A DNA stretch of 64,000 bases, from positions 329,366 to 393,365 of the forward strand of contig JAJYMK010000003.1 in the NCBI GenBank assembly GCA_021786945.1, in the 5' to 3' direction. The DNA is from a bacterium (GTDB lineage Bacteria; Patescibacteriota; Minisyncoccia; UBA6257; 02-FULL-45-10c). The notes under the pieces are model-generated. The model did no database searches, was not told the origin of the DNA, and worked only from the letters and a program-made list of their open reading frames with translations. The position numbers were made by a program, and so were the translations under genes. Below are positions 45,746-55,692 of this stretch, one piece after another (positions within the stretch are counted from its first letter, which is position 1; each line of letters begins with the position of its first letter).

Positions 45746-47299
45746 CTATTGATACGCTTTCTCGCAATTACCCAAATTATTACATACATATCCAGACGAA
45801 CAAGTTCCACAAGAAATAGTTCCACCGCAGCCGTTGTCTACACCACCGCAGGTCCTAGAAATACAAGCGGTTGTAGTAGCTGTCGGAGTACAACTACTAG
45901 AATCAACACAAGCTCCGTTTGTACAAACTTGGCCGGAAGAACAAACTAATTCCGGCATTACCAACCTTGTAACACCGCAGTTGCTTACCTGGGAAATCTG
46001 CGAAGTTCCGCAAATAGTTTTAACATCGGGAGTATAAGAAGACGAAGTGCAAGTAAAACTCGGGATTCCGGAAGGAACAACGGGAATACTATTTGCATCA
46101 TTTAAAATCTGAACTGATAGCTTTGCTATATCACTATCGCTTGTAAATCCGAGAGTTTTTAAGAAGCTGCTTATATCGCATTGACCACCAATAAACTTAC
46201 TATTCTGATAATCAAACGAAGAAAGGCTGAAACAATCAAATGTATTACCCTTGGCAGTTACCTGCACCATAGCACCGGTATATAGGTTCTCTCCGGCTAC
46301 GGAAGCTACGTTAAACTTACCGTCACTTAAATCATTTTTGCTAATAACAACAGATGGACTTACGGGTTCCGGTAAAGTTATTTTAAAACAATCTTTACAC
46401 TCGCTCATTTTTCCGTCTGGATTCTGGATTCTTACGCTCCAAGCTCCAGTAGGCGCATCGGTAATATTACAAACGCCACCAGTAAGAGTTCTAGAATCCG
46501 GTACAGTAAAACCAGTACAATCAACACTTTTACCATCGTTTACCAAAGAAACTTTCGTATCCTTTGAAAATCCAGCGCCAGTGAGAGTCATCGCGTTAGT
46601 TAAATATTGAACGTTGGTTGGAGCCGAAACCACATCGCCATCGCTGCAACCAGCAGCATTACAAGCCACAACTTTATAATAAAAAGGTTTAGTTGGATCC
46701 TGAATTCTGTTTTCCAAGAAAAATCTTTGCCCATTATTCATCTCGGTAGTGGTTATAACGGTAGATAAGGAAGACGCACTCGTTCCTCGATAAATTTTAT
46801 AAGAGACACTCGAGGCTCCACCTAAAGAAGAAGGGGCGTCCCAATAAACTCTGAATCCGTGGTTAATATAAGTTCCGTCTTCATATTTATTAGAAACTTG
46901 AACGTTTAAAGGTTTTGACGGGATAGTTTGAATGGTTGAGGGGCCCGTTGGATTTATACCGGATCCCGTTTCTAGACAAACCGTACCAAACGAACCCAAA
47001 CAAGTACCCGCAGAAACAAGACCGGTAAATTGTTCCGCGATTTGATTTACCGGGCAAGAAAGGCCAAAAGTAACGCCGCATTGACCTACGCCGGAAACAA
47101 TATTAACCACATTGCCAACCATTTGAGCCACCGGTGCCACAACGGCATTATAAACAGTATTCACTACAGGTATGCTATTTATTATATTTTCTCCAATTGA
47201 AACAACTGTGCCAATAACAGGCGTGCCCTTTGCTTGAGCGGCGGGTACCACCAAAATTGAACCGACCAGAACTAATGATAATAATATTTTTTTATACAT
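45746..47299 (-). CDS. large secreted protein with Fn3-like module and Cys-rich C-terminus
   Basis: A signal peptide. Fn3-like block YKIYRGTSASSLS…YYKVVACNAAGCS. C-terminal CxxC-rich region. Confidence 0.45.
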   Translation of the reverse strand: MYKKILLSLVLVGSILVVPAAQAKGTPVIGTVVSIGENIINSIPVVNTVYNAVVAPVAQMVGNVVNIVSGVGQCGVTFGLSCPVNQIAEQFTGLVSAGTCLGSFGTVCLETGSGINPTGPSTIQTIPSKPLNVQVSNKYEDGTYINHGFRVYWDAPSSLGGASSVSYKIYRGTSASSLSTVITTTEMNNGQRFFLENRIQDPTKPFYYKVVACNAAGCSDGDVVSAPTNVQYLTNAMTLTGAGFSKDTKVSLVNDGKSVDCTGFTVPDSRTLTGGVCNITDAPTGAWSVRIQNPDGKMSECKDCFKITLPEPVSPSVVISKNDLSDGKFNVASVAGENLYTGAMVQVTAKGNTFDCFSLSSFDYQNSKFIGGQCDISSFLKTLGFTSDSDIAKLSVQILNDANSIPVVPSGIPSFTCTSSSYTPDVKTICGTSQISQVSNCGVTRLVMPELVCSSGQVCTNGACVDSSSCTPTATTTACISRTCGGVDNGCGGTISCGTCSSGYVCNNLGNCEKAYQ

Positions 47300-47346
47300 A
47301 TTTTTATTTTTTCGCCGACTGGCGATTTTAATTTATTTTTTAAAAA

Positions 47347-48735
47347 TTATTTATAACCGACGGGTGGATAGATCCCATCAAGACGAATAGGAATAACTCC
47401 TATTTGACAACTGCCATTAACACAAGAGTAGCCGGGCTGACTACAGCCCTGGCATAAACCGCCACATTGCCCACAAGTATCGCCATTCGCATCGGGTACA
47501 CATCCAGTGCAAGTTTCGCAGCTCTTTGTAGTTGTATTGCAATAAGCATTATCTCCCGTGCAAACCACACAGGCCACGCCGCAATTATCGGTATCTACGC
47601 AAGTTTTGCCATCACAAATATTGGGCGGGTTTACAACACAAATATTATTACATGCGCCTAAACAATCAGAAGCTGTATATTCCCCCGCTGCAGCCGGAAT
47701 GCAGGTATTGGCATTACATGTGTAGTGCGGGATTCCGCTGCAAGAACTATTACAATTAGAGTCTGTAAAAGAACCATTTGGGTCGGCAATGCACAAAGAA
47801 CCGTTGCAGGAATAATGCGGAGTACCGCTACAAATTCCGCCACAATCAGAAGCGGCAAGGGAGCCGCCTTTATAAGAAATACAAAGTGATCCATCGCAGG
47901 CATATTGAGCAATTCCGCTTCCGCAAAGCCCGCCGCAACCGTCCGAACATGTTTGCCCCGAAGGTAAATTGGTTGCGCAAAAACAATTCGGTATACAATT
48001 ATTTAAATCTTCATTAAAAACAGGTATTTCTGTCTCTTGAATAGTATTATCTTGTTTTGTTTCCCCTGTCTCTAAATTAATGGTAGCTATGCCGTTATTA
48101 AAATTTTCGCTGCTCACATAAACCCCGGGCTTGGAAGTAACTTGACCGGTCGTCGCAATTTTTAAAGTAACATATGAGGTGGGGGCAGACTCTGTATTTA
48201 TAACTATAATTCCGGCGGAAGAAGTGACATCGCATCCAATCTCACAAATAGATTTTCCTTGAAAATTAAATAATTTAGCTTTTGCATCGGACGAATAAAA
48301 AACAACATCTTTTATAAATTGAGAACTGGAAGTTATAGCTGTAACATTTAAAATTCTTAAACCGGAAGATAAATTATTTACACCTCCCTGACCCGCCAAA
48401 GGACTGTCTTTAACCAAATTAACACAATCTTTATAAGAATAAATTGTATAAGTATCCGGATTATTATTTATCCCCTGCTCAAAAGATACTCCGTATCCGC
48501 AAATACCCTTATCCGCACCGGCGCCCTGCAAAGTAAGGGCCTTAGCCCTGTTTATAGCACTAGCCACTCCGGCGATATCTGTATTTAGATTAAGTTGCGC
48601 CTGATTAACCTTATTATTTACAAGCAAAACGGCGGTTGTTACCGCCAAAACTCCAACTACCGCAATAGCTTCCACAAGAGTAAACCCCGCCTGCGCAGAT
48701 AGACCTCCTTGAAAATTTATATGTTTTTTGAACAT
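47347..48735 (-). CDS. pilin-like protein with long Cys-rich tandem-repeat C-terminal domain (candidate minor pilin/adhesin)
   Basis: AG|FTLVEAIAVVGVLAV prepilin N-terminus. C-terminal ~27-aa repeats such as PHYSCNGSLCIADPNGSFTDSNCNSSCSGI / PHYTCNANTCIPAAAGEYTASDCLGACNN. Confidence 0.55.
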   Translation of the reverse strand: MFKKHINFQGGLSAQAGFTLVEAIAVVGVLAVTTAVLLVNNKVNQAQLNLNTDIAGVASAINRAKALTLQGAGADKGICGYGVSFEQGINNNPDTYTIYSYKDCVNLVKDSPLAGQGGVNNLSSGLRILNVTAITSSSQFIKDVVFYSSDAKAKLFNFQGKSICEIGCDVTSSAGIIVINTESAPTSYVTLKIATTGQVTSKPGVYVSSENFNNGIATINLETGETKQDNTIQETEIPVFNEDLNNCIPNCFCATNLPSGQTCSDGCGGLCGSGIAQYACDGSLCISYKGGSLAASDCGGICSGTPHYSCNGSLCIADPNGSFTDSNCNSSCSGIPHYTCNANTCIPAAAGEYTASDCLGACNNICVVNPPNICDGKTCVDTDNCGVACVVCTGDNAYCNTTTKSCETCTGCVPDANGDTCGQCGGLCQGCSQPGYSCVNGSCQIGVIPIRLDGIYPPVGYK

Positions 48736-48769
48736 ACTCCTTATTTAATAATTATAATTCTTCTATAAA

Positions 48770-49657
48770 TTAAAACAAACCAAAAATTTTAAAATAATGG
48801 CTTAAAATATATTGCCCAAAAAACATAAGTGTTAGCGACCCTAAAATCAAAAAAGGACCAAAAGGCACAGAGTCCTTAAATCCTTTTATTCTTTTTATCA
48901 ATAAATAAATTCCGAAAATTGATCCGATTATAAAAGAGAACGCCAAGAGAAATACAACATCTGGCCAGCCAAAAATAATGCCTAAAGCTGTAATAAATTT
49001 AAGATCACCGAAACCCATCCCCTTTCCTCGTGTGGCAAAAATAATAAGACCGATAACCAAAAAACCTATGGCCATTCCCAATAAATGATTCGTCCAGATA
49101 TTCTGCCTGAAACCAAAAAGCATGGAAAAACTTCCGACAAATGAACCATTGCCAAATTGAGAAAAATTATTATAAAAATAATTCTCGGCGATCAAAAGAA
49201 TGCCCAAAATACCGGCAAAAATATTAAGCTCGTCGGGAATGATATAAAATCTGTAATCTATAATCCAAATAAGGATAAATACCAGAAAAATAGAAATCCA
49301 AAGGGCACTAAAAAGCCATAAAAATAAAGGCGAATTCAAAAAAACAGAGTTTAATTCAGGAACCGCCTTAAAATAAAAAGGCAGTAAAAAAGTAAATCCT
49401 CCGGCTAATTCCACTAGAGGATATTGCCAAGAAATTTTAGATCCACATTTCCTGCACCTTCCAAGCTGGGCAAAAAAACTTACTACAGGAATAAGTTCGT
49501 ACCAGCTGAGAGTTTTGTCGCAAGTTCTGCATTTGGATCTGCCGGTGCATTTTTTTATATTGCAAAAAAAACTTTCCTCCGGAAAATAACGGAAAGCAAC
49601 AACATTTAAAAAACTGCCTATAGCCAAACCGATTAAAAATAAAAGTAGCCAGGGCAT
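48770..49657 (-). CDS. pilD: prepilin peptidase (A24 family)
   Basis: N-terminal CxxC…CxxC zinc finger, polytopic, with catalytic Asp motifs. Confidence 0.8.
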   Translation of the reverse strand: MPWLLLFLIGLAIGSFLNVVAFRYFPEESFFCNIKKCTGRSKCRTCDKTLSWYELIPVVSFFAQLGRCRKCGSKISWQYPLVELAGGFTFLLPFYFKAVPELNSVFLNSPLFLWLFSALWISIFLVFILIWIIDYRFYIIPDELNIFAGILGILLIAENYFYNNFSQFGNGSFVGSFSMLFGFRQNIWTNHLLGMAIGFLVIGLIIFATRGKGMGFGDLKFITALGIIFGWPDVVFLLAFSFIIGSIFGIYLLIKRIKGFKDSVPFGPFLILGSLTLMFFGQYILSHYFKIFGLF

Positions 49658-49661
49658 TTAT

Positions 49662-50096
49662 TTAGAAAGGTATACAAAATGTACTGGAAGTCTTCGTGCA
49701 ATCAATAGTACAAACTGTACCATACTCCTTAATCTGAGAAGTGCTGGTTTCCAATTTATCGCTTAAGACATAGTTGTAATCTGCACCTGCCGGGCAAACT
49801 GTATATTTATAAACATAATCACCGGAATTAGTGGGATCGGTGGGCAAATTTTTGACTCCGGCACTGGCTAATTGACTGACCAGATCTGTCCAAGTTACAG
49901 ATGTAGGATAAGATCCAAACTTAGCATAATAAAGCTCTAATCCATTTTGAACTTGTCGTAAATCACTCATTCTTTTTGCGTCTCTTCCGGAAGCCCTGAA
50001 ACCACTCATACCAACCAAAGTAAGAGCGCTCAAAACACCGATAATAGAAATAACAATTAAAATTTCAATTAATGTAAAGCCCTGTTGTTTTTTCAT
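49662..50096 (-). CDS. pilA: type IV major pilin
   Basis: MKKQQG|FTLIEILIVISIIGVLSA is the canonical class III leader. Start is set at the internal Met. Confidence 0.8.
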   Translation of the reverse strand: MKKQQGFTLIEILIVISIIGVLSALTLVGMSGFRASGRDAKRMSDLRQVQNGLELYYAKFGSYPTSVTWTDLVSQLASAGVKNLPTDPTNSGDYVYKYTVCPAGADYNYVLSDKLETSTSQIKEYGTVCTIDCTKTSSTFCIPF

Positions 50097-50120
50097 GTTT
50101 TTATTATAACACAACACTAA

Positions 50121-51329
50121 TTAAAAAGTCTGGACCAAGTTATACATAGGCAAAAGCACGGCGGCAAACAAGATACCCACGGCAACGCCCATTACAATCA
50201 TAATTGCCGGCTGAATAAGCTCGACTAAGTTGTCGATGGTTTCTCCAGCTTCACGGTTATAAAAAGATCCGGCCCGGGCAAGAAGTTCATCTAATTGACC
50301 CGTACTCTCTCCTACCGCAACCATCTGGCTAACCAATGTAGGAAAATAATCGCTATTTTGCTCCAAAGCATTGGAAAGCAAAACACCTTCGCGCACGGCG
50401 TCGGCCAGATCTTTAATGGCATCTCTATAAATAATACTACCTACTGTATGACTGGAAATTTCCAAAGCCTGTGCAACCGGAACTCCACCTTTAATAAGAA
50501 CGCTTGTGGATTCGGCAAATCTGGATACATAAGTTTTTTTAAATAAGCTTCCAAAAACAGGCAATTTGATAATAGTTTCATCCCACACCACTTTTCCTTC
50601 CGAGCTTTTAAAATAATTAATCAAGCTAAGTACAACCATAGCCAAGAAAATAATAATGGCAAGCCACCACTGCAAAAGAAAATTACCCATAAACAAAAAA
50701 ACTTGTGTGATAAGCGGCAACGGCACATTCGATTCGGCAAAAATAGGGGTCAATTGAGGAAAAACAAAACCGATCATTATAGCGCCAACAACAAATAGCA
50801 AAGATACGACAATGATAGGATAGGTTAAAGCGCCCTTTATTTTAGAACTGAATTCATAATCTTTTTCCAGATAGTCGGCTAAATAATTAACCACCTCGTC
50901 CACTCGGCCGGTAATTTCGGCTGATCGGATCATACTGATATAAAAATTGGAAAAAATATTGCCATGACGCTCCAGAGCTTGGGAAAAAGAAAGACCAGAA
51001 TCAACATCTGAAGAAATCTCCCCTATTACTTCCCGCAACACCAAATTCGGTGTTTGTTTATAAACATTTTTAAGAGAATCACCTAAAGATATTTTTGCAT
51101 TCAAAAGTACAGCTAATTGACGCGTAAGAATCATTACGTCTTTTTTCTTTACCTTTTTCAGGAAATTAACTATCGGATCGTACCAATGAGGAACTTCGGC
51201 AGACTCCAAGCTTAATAAATAGAGATTATTGCCAATCAAAATATTGTAAGCCGCTTCGCGGTTTACGCCCTCCACAAATCCGGTCTGTAATTCCCCTGTT
51301 TGCGTTCTGGCTGTGTACTTAAATTTCAT
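50121..51329 (-). CDS. pilC: type IV pilus assembly platform protein PilC (GspF family)
   Basis: Two T2SS-F repeats with three TM helices. Confidence 0.85.
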   Translation of the reverse strand: MKFKYTARTQTGELQTGFVEGVNREAAYNILIGNNLYLLSLESAEVPHWYDPIVNFLKKVKKKDVMILTRQLAVLLNAKISLGDSLKNVYKQTPNLVLREVIGEISSDVDSGLSFSQALERHGNIFSNFYISMIRSAEITGRVDEVVNYLADYLEKDYEFSSKIKGALTYPIIVVSLLFVVGAIMIGFVFPQLTPIFAESNVPLPLITQVFLFMGNFLLQWWLAIIIFLAMVVLSLINYFKSSEGKVVWDETIIKLPVFGSLFKKTYVSRFAESTSVLIKGGVPVAQALEISSHTVGSIIYRDAIKDLADAVREGVLLSNALEQNSDYFPTLVSQMVAVGESTGQLDELLARAGSFYNREAGETIDNLVELIQPAIMIVMGVAVGILFAAVLLPMYNLVQTF

Positions 51330-51358
51330 AAATTTGGCTTACAATCCAAAATTTAAAT

Positions 51359-52441
51359 TTATAATCTTTCTAAGAGTATTCTAAGCTCTGCGGGATTCAA
51401 AGAATACAATTCGGCGTTTTCCAAAGAAATCTGTTTTTTTCTGACCAAATCAACCAAGGATCTATTTAAAGTACTCATACCCTCCTGCATACTTGTTTCG
51501 ATAACCAAATCAATCTGATAAGACTTTCTTTCTCTGATTAAATTCCTGATAGCCGAATTGACCAACATCACTTCATAGGCAGGCACCCTACCTCCGTCTA
51601 TTCTAGGAATAAGTCTTTGTGAAACGATACCAACCAATGTAGCGGCCAATTGGGAAATAACCTGACTTTGCTGATTTGGAGGAAAACTGTCGATGATTCT
51701 GTCGATTGTCTGAGAAGCCGAATTTGTATGCAATGTAGAAAACACCAAGTGACCGGTTTCGGCAGCGGTCATAGCCGTAGCGATAGATTCAGCATCGCGC
51801 ATTTCACCCACCATGATAACGTCCGGATCCTGTCTTAATACGGTTCTTAAGGCCGAATTAAAAGTCGGGGTGTCCAGCTTAACTTCTCTCTGCGAAATAA
51901 TGCATCTGTCTTGCACGAAAAGATATTCTATAGGATCTTCTACGGTGATAATATGGTCTGTCCTCTGATGATTTATTTCATCTAAAATAGCGGCAAGGGT
52001 AGTTGATTTTCCATGACCGGCAGGACCCACGACTAACACAAAACCCTGAGACAATCTGGCAAAATCGTGCAAAATTGTCGGCAAATTTAAAGCCTCTATC
52101 GTCTTAACTTCGGCTGGAATAAGCCTTAATGCCGCAGACATAAATCCTCTCTGAAAATACACATTACACCTAAACCTAGCTTTATCCTCAAAGGAAAAAG
52201 CGAAATCCAATTGCCTCTCTTCAAAAAAAACTTTTTTCTGATTTTCAGTCAACAGAGTGTTTATCAATCCTTCAACATCGTCAGGAGTTAAAATAGGCTC
52301 TTTTTGTATGCCAATAAGAACACCGTCAATTCTTAAGGTTGGTCTTCGGCCGACGGATAAATGCAAGTCGGAAGCACCCTGTTTTGCGGTAGTTAACAAC
52401 AACTCATTTAATTTTTGCTTATAAAGTTCTGCGTCAGCCAT
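51359..52441 (-). CDS. pilT: twitching motility ATPase PilT
   Basis: Walker A GPAGHGKSTT, plus Asp and His boxes. About 360 aa, with no N-terminal GspE-N domain. Confidence 0.85.
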   Translation of the reverse strand: MADAELYKQKLNELLLTTAKQGASDLHLSVGRRPTLRIDGVLIGIQKEPILTPDDVEGLINTLLTENQKKVFFEERQLDFAFSFEDKARFRCNVYFQRGFMSAALRLIPAEVKTIEALNLPTILHDFARLSQGFVLVVGPAGHGKSTTLAAILDEINHQRTDHIITVEDPIEYLFVQDRCIISQREVKLDTPTFNSALRTVLRQDPDVIMVGEMRDAESIATAMTAAETGHLVFSTLHTNSASQTIDRIIDSFPPNQQSQVISQLAATLVGIVSQRLIPRIDGGRVPAYEVMLVNSAIRNLIRERKSYQIDLVIETSMQEGMSTLNRSLVDLVRKKQISLENAELYSLNPAELRILLERL

Positions 52442-52474
52442 ATTTTTTATTATAACAATTAATTTTAAGTTTTA

Positions 52475-54205
52475 TTATTCTTCGGAAGTTTCCCTTAATA
52501 TCTCATCTATTCCGACTATTCCATTTAATGCTTTCAGTATTCCGTCTTGCCTCAAGGTTACCATCCCCTGTCTTTGTTCTTCTGCCATAATTTTATCTTC
52601 AGTTGATCCGCTATTAATGATTTTTTCAAGTTCTTTTGTCATTCTCAATATTTCAAAGATGCCGATTCTTCCCACAACGCCCTTTCCCTTACAAGCTGGG
52701 CAACCAACTGGTTTATAAACCATAAAATTATCTTTAAACTTAACCGTAGCTTTTATAGTTTCTGGCAACTTATCAATTTCTTTTTTAATTATCTCGGCAA
52801 CTGGAGCAGAAGCCGGCTCCGCCTGCTTACACTTATCGCAAAGCCTGGAAACCAACCTTTGGGAAACAACAAGATTTAAGGCAGACGGGATCAAAAACGA
52901 ATCAACTTTCATATCCTGAAGTCTCGGAATAACGCCAGCGGCATTATTTGTATGTAATGTGGACAAAACAATATGACCGGTAAGTGCCGCGTGGACAGCC
53001 AAAGAAGCTGTCTCATTATCTCTAATTTCACCAACCATTATAATATCTGGGTCCTGTCTTAAAATTTGCCTTAATCCAGCGGCGAAATCATATCCAATTT
53101 CCGGTTTTACCTGAGACTGATTTATACCGTCCATATAATATTCGACTGGGTCCTCTAAGCTAACTATGTTTACTCCAATTTTATTCAAAATCTGTAATAA
53201 GGCATATAAAGTAGTAGATTTTCCTGAACCGGTTGGGCCGGTAACTAATACCATCCCATAGGGCTTTTCTATGGCTTCTTTAATTAAACTAGAATTTTCC
53301 GGAGAAAAGCCAAGATCGTCTAAACTTCTTAAGCCAACGGAAGAATCCAAAACACGAATAGCCACTTTTTCACCCATTGGAGTGGGAAATGTAGCAACAC
53401 GAAAATCGATATCCCTACCAAAAACAGTGCTCTTAAATCTTCCGTCCTGAGGAATTCTGGTTTCATCAATTTTTAAATTAGCCATTACTTTAATTCTGGA
53501 AATAATAGGCTGCTGTAATTCGGCCGGTAACTCCGCCACTTCCTGCAAATCTCCGTCAATTCTGAATCTTATCCTGAAGAAAAGCTTTTCAGGTTCGAAA
53601 TGAATATCGGAGGCTCCTTGAGAAACAGCCTCTTTTAAAGTAGAAGCGACAATCTTGATGATCGGAGCATCCTCGGTAACAGAAACTTTTTCTTCAAGCT
53701 GAACTATTTTTTCTCTTGGGGCGGATTTTATATTTTTAACCGATTTAACGGCTTGGTCGACTTCATCTTTAAAGGGAGAATATTTTTTAAGAATGGCGTC
53801 ATAATCTCCGTAGCTAATTAAAAAAATGCCGAGATTGATCTGTAATTGTTTGGCTGTAAACTTCAAAGCATCTTGAGCTTTCTGATCATCGGGATTTACC
53901 ATTCCAACTACAAGCATGTCATTGGTTTTGGAAAGCGGAACCACCTTATAAGTTCTAGCCGTTTCTTCCGATATATACTGCAAAATATCCTTTCCTATAG
54001 TTTCGGCTTTAAACTGCTTAAAAGGAACTTTTAAGACCTGGCTTTTTGCCTTAGCTACCTCGGAATCATCAACTAAACGTTTGTTGAAAATAATTTCCTC
54101 AACGCTCTTTTGACTCAAAAAAGATTCCCTAAGAATCTTTTCTGAAACCTCCTGAGTAATTAAATTTTTATCCGTTAAAGCTTTTAATAAAATCTGTGAA
54201 TCCAT
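52475..54205 (-). CDS. pilB: type IV pilus assembly ATPase PilB (GspE family)
   Basis: N-terminal GspE-N domain, Walker A GPTGSGKSTT, and a C-terminal tetracysteine (CDKC…CPACKGKG). Confidence 0.85.
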   Translation of the reverse strand: MDSQILLKALTDKNLITQEVSEKILRESFLSQKSVEEIIFNKRLVDDSEVAKAKSQVLKVPFKQFKAETIGKDILQYISEETARTYKVVPLSKTNDMLVVGMVNPDDQKAQDALKFTAKQLQINLGIFLISYGDYDAILKKYSPFKDEVDQAVKSVKNIKSAPREKIVQLEEKVSVTEDAPIIKIVASTLKEAVSQGASDIHFEPEKLFFRIRFRIDGDLQEVAELPAELQQPIISRIKVMANLKIDETRIPQDGRFKSTVFGRDIDFRVATFPTPMGEKVAIRVLDSSVGLRSLDDLGFSPENSSLIKEAIEKPYGMVLVTGPTGSGKSTTLYALLQILNKIGVNIVSLEDPVEYYMDGINQSQVKPEIGYDFAAGLRQILRQDPDIIMVGEIRDNETASLAVHAALTGHIVLSTLHTNNAAGVIPRLQDMKVDSFLIPSALNLVVSQRLVSRLCDKCKQAEPASAPVAEIIKKEIDKLPETIKATVKFKDNFMVYKPVGCPACKGKGVVGRIGIFEILRMTKELEKIINSGSTEDKIMAEEQRQGMVTLRQDGILKALNGIVGIDEILRETSEE

Positions 54206-54237
54206 AATTTTTTACTTCTTGTTAATAAGTTCAATCT

Positions 54238-54549
54238 CTAAAAAGGCAGAAGCGGATTAGATCTTCCTGGATTGGTAATAGCCCCACCGGCTGATCCCCC
54301 AATACTTTGTCTTATCTTTGTCTGTAATTCTTTTTTGGTGGAACTAAGATCATTTTTAAAAGTATCGCTATTAACCTTAGAAATATCGGAGACTATTCTT
54401 TGGCTGGACGGAACTATTTTTTCAATTAAAGGAGTTTCCGTAAAAAACAGCAAATACGATCCTATGCCGGCAACAAAAAGAAAGATTCCAATTATCAGAA
54501 AGGGTAACCAGTTAAATTGTTTTTTTTCTTCAGCGATTAAAATAGCCAT
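54238..54549 (-). CDS. hypothetical small bitopic protein in pilus operon
   Basis: One TM helix; lies between pilO-like and pilB. Confidence 0.35.
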   Translation of the reverse strand: MAILIAEEKKQFNWLPFLIIGIFLFVAGIGSYLLFFTETPLIEKIVPSSQRIVSDISKVNSDTFKNDLSSTKKELQTKIRQSIGGSAGGAITNPGRSNPLLPF

Positions 54550-54562
54550 ATTTTTTAAAAAA

Positions 54563-55132
54563 TTACTGAACCTGATAATAAGTATCTACGACCAATTCAT
54601 AATTAAAAACATTTTTGTCCAATGTATTTACCTGATAAACTCTAAGCGTTCTCACATCCATGAGCCTTATATTGTTTTCCAAAAATCTTAAAAGCTCCTT
54701 AAAAGCATCGTAGGTACCTGCCAATTTAAGCGAAACTCTTAAGATTCCGTAGTTTTTAACAAGGGTATTTGTAGATTTTTGCTGAATAGGCAAATTTTCC
54801 AAGTTTATGGAATCGATTCCGATATTATTTAATGCGCTTATTGCCTGAATCTGATAAACAACATTGGCGACTTCCTGTTTGTCCGGAAGAGCAAGAGCCA
54901 GATCGTTTTGTATCTGATTTATGTCTGCCTGATTCTTGCCATACAAACTATTTGCATAATCTATAGCATCGGACTGAGCCGCAAAAAAGTTTTTGCCCGA
55001 AGCTAGCTCTCCTCTCAATTCTTGTACTGTGTTATATTCCGGTTTCAATAAAACAACATAGATAATTAAAGCGCCAAAAATAAGAGTTGCGGAACCAAGT
55101 AATGCTAATAATCTTTTAGTTGAAGCTTTCAT
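54563..55132 (-). CDS. PilO-like pilus assembly protein
   Basis: N-terminal TM plus coiled-coil; positioned after pilN-like. Confidence 0.5.
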   Translation of the reverse strand: MKASTKRLLALLGSATLIFGALIIYVVLLKPEYNTVQELRGELASGKNFFAAQSDAIDYANSLYGKNQADINQIQNDLALALPDKQEVANVVYQIQAISALNNIGIDSINLENLPIQQKSTNTLVKNYGILRVSLKLAGTYDAFKELLRFLENNIRLMDVRTLRVYQVNTLDKNVFNYELVVDTYYQVQ

Positions 55133-55134
55133 GA

Positions 55135-55686
55135 TTATTTTTGAAATAATTTAGAAGATAAAATCAGAGTTACTCTGAAATTAACTTTGTTCTCTACAAC
55201 TCTCGACTGATTTAAGATGTATGATTCAATAGAAGTTTTTTCCGCGTCATATAATGCGAGCTGACGGCTCAAAGATTCAAAATTTAAAGCAATTCCGGAC
55301 AAAACTATTTTCCTGTCGTCTACGCTCAAATCAATATTGTTGTAATAAACAGATGGATAAGTAATTTTTTCCAATAAAGGAAAAACTTTAGTTCCATAAA
55401 CATGACCGGCTAAAAGCGTCTTAAAATTGGAAAGCCTAGAATAAACATCGACAAACTTAGCCTGGGAATCAGAAGAAATTTTTTGGCTTAAAGCCTGGGT
55501 TTCTTCGTCGGTTGCGGCAATCTGATTATTCAGAAAAGTTTCGTAACCAAAAGCCAAACCAAAATAAACAAGTAGGGATAATGCGAAAACAAAAATAGAA
55601 AAAGCCAAAAGCTTCCATGGCAAACCAGAGCCGAGATTATCGGACTTCATGATTTGATCTGAGACATTTTGGCTGAATTGTGCCAT
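55135..55686 (-). CDS. PilN-like pilus assembly protein
   Basis: N-terminal TM anchor; positioned directly after pilM. Confidence 0.5.
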   Translation of the reverse strand: MAQFSQNVSDQIMKSDNLGSGLPWKLLAFSIFVFALSLLVYFGLAFGYETFLNNQIAATDEETQALSQKISSDSQAKFVDVYSRLSNFKTLLAGHVYGTKVFPLLEKITYPSVYYNNIDLSVDDRKIVLSGIALNFESLSRQLALYDAEKTSIESYILNQSRVVENKVNFRVTLILSSKLFQK

Positions 55687-55692
55687 TTTATA

